Assembly (NCBI RefSeq): GCF_006345805.1
Contig: NC_043013.1
Location: forward strand, 28,210,001-28,274,000
DNA: 64,000 nucleotides
Reading direction: 5' to 3'
Source: Octopus sinensis
Lineage: Eukaryota
This document shows, in pieces, positions 41,471-53,539 of this stretch. The position numbers were made by a program, and so were the translations under genes. The notes beneath the pieces are model-generated. The model did no database searches. It had not been told where the DNA came from and saw only the letters and a program-made list of their open reading frames with translations. How positions within the stretch are numbered: the first letter of the stretch is position 1; the number at the start of each line of letters is the position of its first letter.

Positions 41471-43559
41471 CATAGATCATGAACATAAACTGAACTAATC
41501 TTACAAAACTTGGAGGGATCATGAAGATCATGGGCATGGTCCCTTTTCTTAACTAAGGCATGGGAAGAAAATTATATAATTTGCGAAAGAGAGAGCAATG
41601 AAGAAATTAGAAGCAAATGGTCCATTAAATAAAAATGCTGTTAAATCTATAGACGAGGTTTGCTAAAAGTTGTAGTTGTTTGAAACATAATAATGGATAA
41701 TAGCCAAAGCCCTAACAACAAAATTAAATATTGCACACTTTGGTAGTTCTACAAGCAGAATAGTGAGTCTTTCATGCAGAATCAATTAAAATAAATCAAG
41801 TATAAATAGGAATAATAGGTTCAAAACCGAAATTAATCAAAATAGGCGTAAAATTCTTTTAGTGCGTATTAGGAAACACGGTGAGTAAAAGGTAGCTAAG
41901 GTAAGGATTTAATATTGTTCAATCACTGAAAGAGTCCACAAAATAGCAAAAGACATAATAAGCCTATCAGGTTCTTTGACAGTGAACCATCAGTTACAGA
42001 GCTCTAAATACTTTCATAAAAGTCAAGGCACATAATTCAAGTCCAAGACAATTGCTCATTGACTAAGTAAATAAAGATAGTTGTTTAGGAAACCTAATTA
42101 GTATTGATAAAGCAATTGTATAACAACCACATTTCATAGTAGTTCTAAATTTAGAGAAATTTTGCTTTTGTTCTGACCAATCAAAAAAAAACAAAAACAA
42201 AACTTAATTGTTGTTGATGTTTAGCCTCTAATGATGGAGTAGACCTCTGATCAAATCTGTTTCATTCATGATCAGTTCATTATTTTTGCAGACAAAGTCT
42301 ATAAGCAAGCAACCAGCAAAACAAAGCCACCAAAAAACAAACAATATGCTCCCAACCTACACAAACTTTCAATTAGATACATCATAGAAATTAGACATTC
42401 AACAAAGCCACCCACCACTCCAATGACAACCCTGATACAAACATAGAAGTAACTACATGCAAAGATCAGGTACCTCCCCATCAGTCACGACATCCATCAT
42501 GTTAATAATGGCAGCCTCTAATGAGTCCTTGGCACAGTAAGTATTCTGGATGGTTGGCTGCTGGCCCCCGCTTCTTCTAAAATACCCAAACAAAAGTGAA
42601 AATCCCAGATGTGTGCAGTATCGTATTGTTGTCTTAAGCTTTGTAAAGGTAGCAGCTGATTGGAATTAAAGAATTATCCAACTTTGATGAAAGGTACTTT
42701 GGGAATGTAATATGAGTTTACCTCAAGACAATTGTAGATTGACAAGAATTATAGATTGACAACGATCTAAGAAATTCAAATCAGAAGTACCAAATGATCC
42801 AATGTTCACATAATTCTTCCAGGTCTTGCTGGACTTAAGCTGCCCTCAAATCATCATGTGGTACTTGTACCTGATGCCATCATACACCACATATCTAATA
42901 ATAGACTCTACCACCTTGAGCTACTTGGCTATGATCCCTATTGACCCCAAAAGGGTTATCACTGATGAAGTATTAGACCTGCTGGATAAACTTGGCTGTT
43001 CCAACAACATCAGATTATTGAGAATTTTTCTTTCTCTTGGCTGTGGATGATACATCCATCCCTGCTAGAGGCTTTCAACTCTGTCCTGTCATGACTACAT
43101 TAAAAAAAAATGGTAATCTCCAAGACACTGAAGTTAGCACCTAAAGTCACAAGCACTTTCAGCTTTTTTCATTTCCTGTATCATGTTCAAATCTACCAGG
43201 AAAAGAGGACACTTTAGTCTTGCTAAGAACAAAGCATCTGCCTTAGAGTTGGCACCATTATAAAATACACCAAATAAATTCTATAAAGTTATTGGTGAAT
43301 GAAAGGAAACAACGTAGGGTAGAGAGGACTCCTAAATCTTGCCAAATACATGACAACCTCTCTCGTGCTGGTTTCACAATAAAATGCACTGGGAACATTC
43401 TGTAAAATGGGTGTCTTTATACACCATGTCAAAGATGGATTGCAGAAGCAAGATGTTCCTTATATGTTAAGCAGGGGGGCAGTAATTCTAAATTAGAATT
43501 GACTGGAAATGTAATGACGCATGCCAGCATGGAAAAGTGGTTGTAAAGTGATAATCAAT

Positions 43560-43925
43560 AGCTGTGTGGTAAAGAAGCTTGCTTTCCAATCATAGGGACT
43601 CAGGTTCAGTCCCAGTGTCTGGCACTTTGTACAAATGTCTTCTACTGTAGCCCCAGGTCCGCCAATGCAATATAAGTGGATTTGGTAGACAGAAACTAAA
43701 AGACGCCTACAGATATGAGAGAGAGAGAGAGAGAGAGCAAGTATACATTTGCCTAGACATCAGGTGTTAATGTCTACCAGCATACCATCATACCAGCAAT
43801 GTTATTCATTTCCAATCTCCAATGAAAAACATGTCTAGTCATAGGAAAATATTACTTTGCTTGGAAACAGGTGAAAGTTGGCAGCAGGAAGAGCATCAAG
43901 CTGTAGGAAATCTGGTGATGATGAT
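43560..43925 (+). mobile_element. SINE family E head + (GA)n + body 2
   Basis: Same architecture as 21321-21785 but with a GA internal microsatellite. Confidence 0.75.
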
Positions 43926-44731
43926 ATATATAGTTGTACTCTGCAACTCTTGAGTCTTGGTGGATAATTTCTATTGCTGTTTGTCTACTGTGTGCCTCTG
44001 TGTGTGTGTGTGTGTGTGTCTGTGTGAGAGAGCATGTGCATGTAAGCATAAGCGTAGTAAGAGTTGGAATTGGTTTTAAATGTGAAAGAAGGAGCAGAAT
44101 GAAATCAATGAGGGGAAAGGGGGAGATTTAGATGGTTTAGTTCAGATATATAATAAAAGCTGAGTGATGAAATCATGTAAGATAGTTCAAAGAAGTTAAG
44201 TTAAACAGAAGCTACATGAGGGCGGGGCAAATCAGTCTAAACATCTCAAAAAAAAAAAAAAAAAGAAGCAAAGCAAATTATTATTCCTTGATATTTGAAT
44301 ATTTGCGAACAGTTTGGAAATTTTGTTTAAAAGGAGAAAAGATATTTCATTTCTGCAAATTTAAAATGTTGGCTTTCTGTCAGCTTAAATACAACACTGC
44401 CTGGCATAGAGATTAACATCAGCAGTGACACTAAAATAGCCAAAACAAGTTTAGAGATAATTCACTTGTAAAGACCTGGTATTAATTCTTCCAATCAAAT
44501 CAATATATAGAGGATAGAATGTGAGTTGGATGGAAATGGAGAGTGGCAGAAGGGGTTAGGGAAGAAGGAATTTTCAGCATTTAGCTTATAGAATAATTGA
44601 ATATAATCAGTAGAATGTCAGGAGACTAGCCACTGGTGGACTGCATCAGTAGTAGTCAATAAATAAGTAAAAAATTACTTAGTATATTGTTAAGAGAGAA
44701 TACTTCTGTCTGATACATACACACATGCATG

Positions 44732-44832
<101 letters not shown>

Positions 44833-45127
44833 TATATATATTAATATATACATACACACACACACATACAGTAGATATTTTCTCCCCTTTCAGCAACCAA
44901 ATGAACCACTTTTCAATATCTTACCTTTTTTTTTTTTTTGCTTCATCTTATTGGATAAAAAGCTAGTCAACACACACCATAAACTAAACAACATCTAAAA
45001 TACCATCATCATCAACATTTTTATGTCCATTTTCCTATGCTTTTACAAGTTTGATAAATCTCGCTCTCTCATATATATATATATCTTCCTCTATATAGAT
45101 ATACATATATATATATATATATATCTT

Positions 45128-45182
<55 letters not shown>

Positions 45183-45657
45183 TCCTCTATATATATATGC
45201 ATAGATATATATATATACTCCTTTTTTCTCTCTCCGTCTCTCACTATATATATATGAGAAAGAGAGAGAGATATAGAGAAAGCATGTTCATAGTCAATGA
45301 GGACTTTCACTTAGAAAATAGAAAAGAAATACTTTAAAAAAAGTATAAAACATAACTTATGTTAATATTGTTTGCTAAATTGATATCCAAGAGATAGATT
45401 GAATATCAAAATAAACTCGAAATGAAAGTAACATATTTAAACATCAACAATGATGAAGAGCTGAGTGTACAAACTGGATAAGATACGAGAATACGATATG
45501 GTGATAGCAACATAGTTTGTATGATATATGAAAACACGGAGGTTAAGGTACGGAGAAAGATAGACATAAGTGAAATCAAGGGTTTACGAACATAAAGCAA
45601 TAACAGGGAGAAAATTTATTGGGGAACATTCGATTAAAAAAGGAAAGAGATTAATAA

Positions 45658-46055
45658 TCTTTTCTACTCTAGACACAAGGCCTGAAATCTGGTGGGGGTG
45701 CAGTTGATTAGATTGACTCCTATATGCAACTGGTACTAAAAATATCGACTCCAAAAGGATGAAAGGCAAAGTCGACCTCGACAGAATTTTAACTCAGAAC
45801 ATAAAGACAGACAAAATACTGGTAAGCATTTCACCCGGCGTGCTAACACTTTTGCCAGCTTGCCGCCTTAAAAAGAGATTAATAAATTTTTCTACTCTAG
45901 GCACAAGACCTGAAATTTTGGGGGAAGGGGCCAGTTGATTAGATTGACTCCAATATGCGACTGGTACTTAACTTATTGACCCAGAAAGGATGAAAGGCAA
46001 AGTCAACCATGGCGGAATTTGAACATGCTAACGTTTCTGTCAGCTCATAGCCTTA
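45658..46055 (-). mobile_element. Two stacked family B SINEs (45658-45870, 45886-46055)
   Basis: AAGAGATTAAT occurs three times (45645, 45873, 46057), bracketing both copies. Confidence 0.88.
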
Positions 46056-46104
46056 GAAGAGATTAATTATGATAAAATAATGGATGGGTAAAGAACCAAT
46101 CCAG

Positions 46105-46169
<65 letters not shown>

Positions 46170-46179
<10 letters not shown>

Positions 46180-46378
46180 GGAGCTAAACGCAGGTGTTAT
46201 TCAAATTCTTTTACTTCCAACATATTTCGAAGACAACATTGGTATTATTCCAAAGAATAAAATGCTGTAAAACAATGTAATCTTCTCATCAGGGAAGGGA
46301 ATAATACCAATGTTGTCTTTGAAACATATGTCTGAAGTAAAATTTGAATAACACCTGCATTTAACTCCATTTATTTAT
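46170..46378. mobile_element. Foldback element with ~80-bp inverted arms, probably derived from a Penelope-like element terminus
   Basis: Arms 46170-46251 and 46298-46378 are reverse complements with few differences; 46-bp spacer; sits in (TA)n. Confidence 0.75.
46214..46297 (-). ncRNA. Minimal type-I hammerhead ribozyme motif (stem III decayed)
   Basis: Minus strand: CTTCC-CTGATGAG-AAGATTACATTG-loop-CAATGTTGTCTT-CGAAA-TATG-TT-GGAAG; stem I is 5 bp perfect, stem II about 12 bp; the mirror arm keeps GAAACATATGTC (46321-46332). Confidence 0.7.
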
Positions 46379-46559
46379 TTATATATATTATACAAAATAT
46401 TTCACATCAACCCGGAGTTTCTACCTTTACAAACAGGGTGTTACGTCCTTATTACTTGTTTGATTTTTTGCTGCCCTGGTAACTGCTTATTTATTTTTTC
46501 CATGTTAATTGTAAACAAGGGAAAAATACACACACCTATATATATATATATATATAAAC

Positions 46560-47140
46560 TTCCTAACACTTCCTCCCTCCACCCATGTTGACCATTCACT
46601 ACATTTCCTTCTCTTCTATTTCCCATATTTTTTCACACTCTCATGAACTTACCTGCCCACTCACCCAGTCGAATCCTCTGTACCACTTAAATTCACTTCC
46701 CTGTGACATGAGGGTACGTCCCCACCCCAACGCATCTGCATCACCATTTTCTCTCTCTCTCCCCCATATCTCTCCTCTCCTCTCTCTTTTCCAAACAGGG
46801 TACCCATGTCTCTCCTCTACAGCTAGACACCCTGTTCCTATCCCTTTATCATACTTTGCCCTTTCATTACCTGGCACAAAGCCACCTCCACCAATACTGC
46901 TCTCCACACAGTTAAGGAGTCTTGTCTTGTGAGTTACTTAATGACCTGGCTTGTATCAGTGTCACATAAAAAAGCACCCAGTTCACTCTGAAGTGGTTGA
47001 GGTTGGGAAGGGCATCCAGCTGTGGAAACCATGCCAAAGCAGACAGCAGAGCTCAGTGAATTCTTCTAGCTTTCCAACTCCTTTCAAACCATATAAGTAA
47101 TGCCAGAATGGAAACTAGGCATCAAATGACGATGATGATA
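46560..47140 (+). mobile_element. Pyrimidine-rich element ending in the RTE-type 3' module
   Basis: Longest in-window copy of the 28420 family. Confidence 0.7.
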
Positions 47141-47200
47141 CACACATACAAGAGAAATAAACCTCTAGAGGCAAAGGGGAATATATATATATATATATAG

Positions 47201-47535
47201 TGAAGGTGTATGGCTCAGTGGTTAGAGCATCGAGCTTATGATTGTGAGGTTGTGAGCTCGAATCTCGGACCGGGTTGCATGTTGTGTTCTTGAACAAGAC
47301 ACTTTATTTCACATTGCTCCAGTTCATTCAGCTGTAGAAATGAGTTGCAACATCACAGGTGCCAAGCTGTATCGGCCCTTGCCTTTCCCTTCGATAACAC
47401 TGGTAGCGTGGAGGGGGGAGGCCAGTATGTATGGGCGACTGCTGGTCTTCCATAAACAACCTTGCGTGGACTTGTGCCTCGGTAACTTTCTAGGTGCAAT
47501 CCTAGAAATGCAGTGCCATGACCGAAGGGGGTCTC
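47201..47535 (+). mobile_element. tRNA/CORE SINE, tail variant 1
   Basis: Near-identical to 8906-9250; lies between TA microsatellites. Confidence 0.9.
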
Positions 47536-47549
47536 AAAATATATATATA

Positions 47550-47632
<83 letters not shown>

Positions 47633-48042
47633 TAATCCAAACAAGAAAACACAGAAAAAAAGAGAAAATATATATATTCCTTTACTATTTAGCTGGAAAG
47701 CTACCCAAATGGCTCAAGTACCTACCGTTATAGATATGGTAAGGGCCATACACAAAACTGTAGACCTTTCACTCATTCATGATAGCTAAATAGTAAAAAG
47801 AATATGCATGTATATGTGTGTATCATCATTGTCATTGGTTAACATCCACCTTCCATGGTAGCATGGGTTGTATATGTAAAATGGGTAACAAGTTGACTTA
47901 GTTTTTCATGTCACTCAAAGTTTTAGGAACGTCTTTTCATTTCCATGAAACTTGAAGAAACATGAGGAGTCAAGCCAACTTGTTATTCAATAAATGCAAC
48001 TCTATGTATGTTGAGTGCTACTTCCGTTTGTTAATCTACTTG

Positions 48043-48084
<42 letters not shown>

Positions 48085-48119
48085 TATTAAAATATAGATG
48101 TAGATTATTTGAAGGCTCT

Positions 48120-48790
48120 TAGTGTACCTTGATGCAAATAACCTAACTATTTGCAATATGAACTTCAGGAAACTGGCTAGCCATCTAAATACCAAACACT
48201 TATGTGAACAAGCAAGCCAAATACCAGACAGACTGCTTACTCACCAAGATAGGTATTTGATTGTGAATAGTAAGTCATTGCCAGTGAAGAATGTATCACT
48301 CAACATAAGCTAGTGAATGGTAACCTTGTGATAAATGTTAAACAGATCCAGAAACACAAGACAACTCGGAGAAGGAAGACACGGAAGCTGAAGAATCTCT
48401 TGACCATATGTAAGTTCAAAGAGGTGCTACTTGACATGAATGATGGGAAGGTAGAAAAGACAAAGACTTATAACAGAGAGGAAAACTAAGAGTTTCTGTG
48501 GATACAAGGTACTAGAAGCCACAGACCTAATCTGTGGATGGTGTGAGGCTGCAATAGATGGAAGGTAACACAAGGGAGGAATGGTACCATTAATAGAGCT
48601 GTAAAATCAATGATATAGGCCTGGAAGCAAAAGAAAATGAGAAGCTAAGAAACATGAAACAATGCCAATATGGACAGAAGTTGAAAGGAAAAGGTTTGCT
48701 GATCTTCTACAATGACAGAATCAGAAGTGTGATGTGTTCCAGATTGCAAGACAGTTTGTCAACATGAATGAAAACACTTTGTGGGAAAAT
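48120..48790 (+). mobile_element. RTE-clade LINE internal fragment (end of APE domain to RT linker), decayed
   Basis: Fragmentary translation: DANNLTICN, EECITQHKLV, LEATDLICGWC, RFADLLQ..KCDVFQIARQFV; multiple stops and frameshifts. Confidence 0.72.
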
Positions 48791-49089
48791 GTGGTTAACT
48801 CTTTGAATTAAAAATATAGACCATCTGAAAAGCTTTTATAGTTTCTGTCTACTCAATTTAATTTACAAGGCCTGAGTCAATCTGTGGCAATGGTAAAAGA
48901 CACTTGCTCAAAATGCCATATAGCAGGATTGAACAATACACTTTGTGATTGCGAAGCAAACCTCAAAATCATTTGGCCATGTTGCCATACACATGTATGT
49001 ATGTGTATGTGTGTGTGTGTATATATATAATATATATATAAGAAGTTTGAAAATGCCACTATTTAAGATAAATTTTAATTTTCTTAGCG

Positions 49090-49137
49090 ATTTTACATGT
49101 TTCGGCTCTTCTTGAAAAAGCAAACCTTATCAAAAAT
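49090..49137 (-). ncRNA. Minimal type-I hammerhead ribozyme motif with U3-A8 core variant
   Basis: Minus strand: ATTT-TTGATAA-GGTTTGCTTTTTCAAGAAGAGCC-GAAA-CATG-TA-AAAT; palindromic stem III ACATGT; stem I only 4 AU pairs. Confidence 0.58.
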
Positions 49138-50428
49138 ATTTTTAAAAGATAAGTGTAATAAAAAAGTTCATAGTTATTTCTTACTAGTCTCAACAGAGTC
49201 CACATGGTGGTGTTTTGTGGAGGCTGTCTTGTGTGTTGACTAGATTCGTTGGCTGTAATACACACACACACACACACACATCTTAGGCTCTTGTCGAATG
49301 AGAGTTTTGCGATTCCTTGTTGAACAACCTGCACATACAATTTATGCATCATGATCAAATGTCTGCACTGCACATAAGCTCACTCCAGTCATCAAATCAA
49401 CAGTGTCAGTATGGTGTGTCACACATCAGATGTTGAAGTGATAGCAGAAAATCGCAAGAGGAAATGTCTTGCTCAAGGACACAGTATATTGCCTGGTTCA
49501 GAAATCGAACCCATAATCTCTTGGTCATGAGTGCAACAGCTAAACCATTAGGCCATGCACCTTCCCATGTAAGTGTGTGTGTGTGTGTATAGGTAAATAA
49601 ATAATGCATTTAAATATGTGTGGCAGCATGTATGCACATATGTATCTAAATGAAAATTTGGAGATAACAGCAGGAACTTTCATTGGGCATTTTTTCTTTC
49701 TTTTCAACATATACACATATACATGTATGTTGTTTTAAAAAGAGTTTTATGCAATGAATGTAAAAAATTTTCTCCGAAAATTAAAATTCTATTTTATGCT
49801 TAAAAATAGTAAAAAAAAAAAAAAAAAAAAAATGAAAAAAATTAACTACAACCAGGAAGCCACGTAAAACTAGGAAGTTCATGGGAAAACTAGAAACACA
49901 ATTTTTCTGGTAACAAAAAACATTTTTTAAAATGAGCATTTTTCTCTATTTTTGTTTTATAATTTTTTTTTTTTTTTCTTCCATTTTCCCCAGCAAAAAT
50001 GAAACACCACTCGAAACAATCCAGAATTCAGTATTAATATAATAGGAAGAGAGAAAAAAAAACCCCACAAAATGTAAAAAGCCCCAAATTTTTTTCTCAT
50101 GAAAGCATAGTTATTTATGAATCCAAAAACCAGTAACCATGTGACTTAAAAGATACAATAAGGAGGGAGGGGAAACAACAACAGCAACAATAATGATGAT
50201 GATGATGATGATAATGATGATAATAATAAAATAACAATAATACATAATAGCAGATATAACACATTCCATTAATTGTAAATCCTCTCCATTGCCTTTTCCA
50301 AATTTCCACAATGTTCCACAACAAATATCTATCCAAACATTGTCTTCTAGTCCTTTTCCTATCATAAATTTGTTTGTTAGAGCTACTTTAAATACACATA
50401 CAAACATGTGTGCCTCTGTGTGTGTGCG

Positions 50429-50429
<1 letters not shown>

Positions 50430-50480
<51 letters not shown>

Positions 50481-50617
50481 CTACTTTAAACATATATATA
50501 TATATAAAATCATCATATATATGTATGTTTATGAAGAATAATAAAATATGAATAAAATAAAATAAGAAAATAAACAGATTATAATATTTATTTGTAAACC
50601 GTCATGTTCACCAATAA

Positions 50618-50704
<87 letters not shown>

Positions 50705-50805
50705 TATATATATATATATTATATATATTATATATATATATATTATATATATGCATATAATATATATATATATGCATATATATATATATATATATATATA
50801 TGCAT

Positions 50806-50851
<46 letters not shown>

Positions 50852-50972
50852 TATAATATATATATATATTATGCATATATATATATATATATATATATGC
50901 TCACCAATACATATATACATATATATGCATATATATATATATGCATATATATATATATATATATATATGCAT

Positions 50973-51016
<44 letters not shown>

Positions 51017-51035
51017 TATATATAATATATATATA

Positions 51036-51094
<59 letters not shown>

Positions 51095-51125
51095 TCACCA
51101 ATACATACATATATACATATATATA

Positions 51126-51162
<37 letters not shown>

Positions 51163-51297
51163 TCACCATACATATATACATATTATATATGCATATATAT
51201 ATATATATATATATGCTCACCAATACATATATACATATATATATATGCATATATATATATATATATATATGCTCACCAATACATATATACATATATA

Positions 51298-51340
<43 letters not shown>

Positions 51341-51400
51341 TCACCAATACATACATATATATGTATGTATGTATATATGTATGTATATTTACATCTATAT
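50430..51400. repeat. (TA)n array punctuated by TGCA and six GCTCACCA(A)TACAT markers
   Basis: Markers at 50899, 51093, 51161, 51215, 51271 and 51339. Confidence 0.92.
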
Positions 51401-52507
51401 ATACGCATACATGCACACGTGCATACACACACACATATGCATGCACACATATCTACATACAAATAATAACAATAATAACTAAACAAACTATTTAGTTCTG
51501 TTCCACCCACCATGAAGATAATGGCTTATCACTCCCCTCCATCTCTCTTCCCCTCCTTGGTTTTGCTCACTCCTCTCTTTCTCTTGCTCCCTTTCATTTC
51601 CTCACTCTCTCTCCTTCTGTTCATCCTTCTCATAACTGGAATATGAATTCTTTCTTACATTTTACTATAACATTAGCCTTTTTCAAAACCTTTCTGTTAT
51701 TAAAGATTACAGAAGCAACAGGAAATTTCTTAACAATTAACTTTCAAGATGGCAAAGTGTTCATCTAAGACTGCAACTTTTCCATTGAAATGTTGATATT
51801 AGCAGTTCACTTAGAAGCGTCACAGATTTGTTTCCATTCCATTATAATAAGATAGCTTCTAAGATATTTGAAACAGATTAACACTTCTAATGGCAACCAT
51901 GGAAAGATGATGATAATAATAATAACGATGATGATGACAATGAAGATGATGATGATGATGGTGGTAACAATAATGATGATAAACAGAATACTTGTGATCA
52001 TGATGAAGAAGAACAACAAGGCAATAATTAAATAAAATAGCAAAGCTTATTTGATACAAGATACAAGACTAATTCCTTTCTCAAATTGTAGATTTTGAAT
52101 AATATCAGAATGGCATCTATTTCAGAAAACAATTAGATAATACATCATCATCAGCAGCAGCATTATCATCATCACCACCATCATCATCATCAACATCAGG
52201 TTGTATTGTGTTGCTTGTTTTTTTGGGGGCTGTTTTTACTACCTGTTTTATAATGTTTTATATATAGGTTAAAGATTGCAGATCGTAATCACAACTGAGA
52301 GACAGAAATGGGAAAAGAGCAACAGAGAGAGACCAAGAGAGGAAAGTGGGAAAAGAAGGGGAGAGAGAAAGAGAGAGAGAGAGAGAGTTGAAGAGAATGA
52401 GATAAAAGCAGGTAATATTAAAGAAGGCAGAGAGCACACATATATAATTGAAGGGAAGACTTTTATAGCTGGATGTCCTCTCTACCATCAACCATATGTC
52501 AATATAT

Positions 52508-52808
52508 CACCATGATTTACCAGGCTATCAGATGTTGCTACACATCTCTGGTCACAATGCGCTTCGCATCGTTTTAGCCTTCAAATGACGCCACCCCGCT
52601 GGCTAAGCGAGCAGGCCAACAGAAGAAAGAGTGAGAGAAAGTTGTGGCAAAAGAATTCGACAGGGGTCACCACCACCCCCTGCCGGAGCATCGTGGAGCC
52701 TTAGGTGTTTTCGCTCAATAAACACTCACAACGCCCAGCCTGGGAATCGAAACCGCGATCCTATGACTGCGAGTCCGCTGCCCTAACCACTGGGCCATTG
52801 CGCCTCCA
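52508..52808 (-). mobile_element. Young tRNA-derived SINE, tail variant 3
   Basis: 16-bp TSD CCATATG(T/C)CAATATAT (52492-52507, 52809-52824); A-box TGGCCCAGTGG, B-box GGTTTCGATTCCC; CpG-rich. Confidence 0.93.
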
Positions 52809-52890
52809 CCATATGCCAATATATACAGTGAGTTATTTTTATCGATTTCTCACAGAGATTGAATCCAAAGAGGGAAAATATATTCTAAAG

Positions 52891-53216
52891 AATAGGTTCT
52901 CAAAATGGGCGCTACTGCCCCCTGGTGGGCATTGAGATGGTCCAGGTGGGCGCCGGTGCCTGCGGTGGCAGGCGGAGGCATTAGAGTAAAGGGAAGCATT
53001 AGGAGGAAGGCAGTGGATTGGGGGATGCTATGAATTTATTTTATATCATAGTATTGTATACAAATTATATAATATATTAAATATCAAATAATTACTAGTA
53101 TATATAAATTAGTAAAATATAAAATATTTATTTATACATAAAAATAGGAGTGAGGGTGCTAAGAGTATTATGTGGCCATGAGGGTGGAGGTCGCCCAAAA
53201 TGTTTGAGAACTTCTG
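52891..53216. mobile_element. hAT (Charlie-like) MITE
   Basis: TIRs AATAGGTTCTCAAA and TTTGAGAACTTCTG; 8-bp TSD TTCTAAAG (52883-52890) and TCCTAAAG (53217-53224). Confidence 0.8.
52913..52931 (-). promoter_or_regulatory. CTCF-binding motif (predicted)
   Basis: TGCCCACCAGGGGGCAGTA versus canonical TGGCCACCAGGGGGCGCTA; binding untested. Confidence 0.5.
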
Positions 53217-53539
53217 TCCTAAAGTCTCTTCAGAATAAAGAGAATCCTTTTAGTGAAGAGACAATATTTTAGAGAATCACTGCTGGCTGAAAATCAATAG
53301 AACAACATAGTGTCCAGTTTTACTGTCCAAAGAATCAAGGGTTCAAATTCTATGTCATTGGCAATGTTTTTTTTTTAATTAAAAAAATTTTTTTTTCCTA
53401 TGGTCAAGAGAAGCTGGACTGTGACTAACAATCTACAAACAGATGTACCGAATAAACTAATCAGGATTCTTTTTAACTGGTTTCATCCACTGGCTGTGGC
53501 CATACTGGAGCACTGCCATGAGCTGGTGAACGAGATCTT

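Noticed and set aside
43468-43485. CTCF-like AAGCAGGGGGGCAGTA
   Set aside because: Lacks the 5' CC and has an extra G; weak match.
50899-51350. Repeat-spacer pattern superficially like a CRISPR array
   Set aside because: Spacers are pure TA microsatellite, the context is eukaryotic, and there are no cas genes.
52740-52808. tRNA-like sequence (and similar heads at 8906, 28103, 47201)
   Set aside because: A/B boxes are present but there is no acceptor stem or canonical anticodon arm; they continue into SINE bodies with TSDs.
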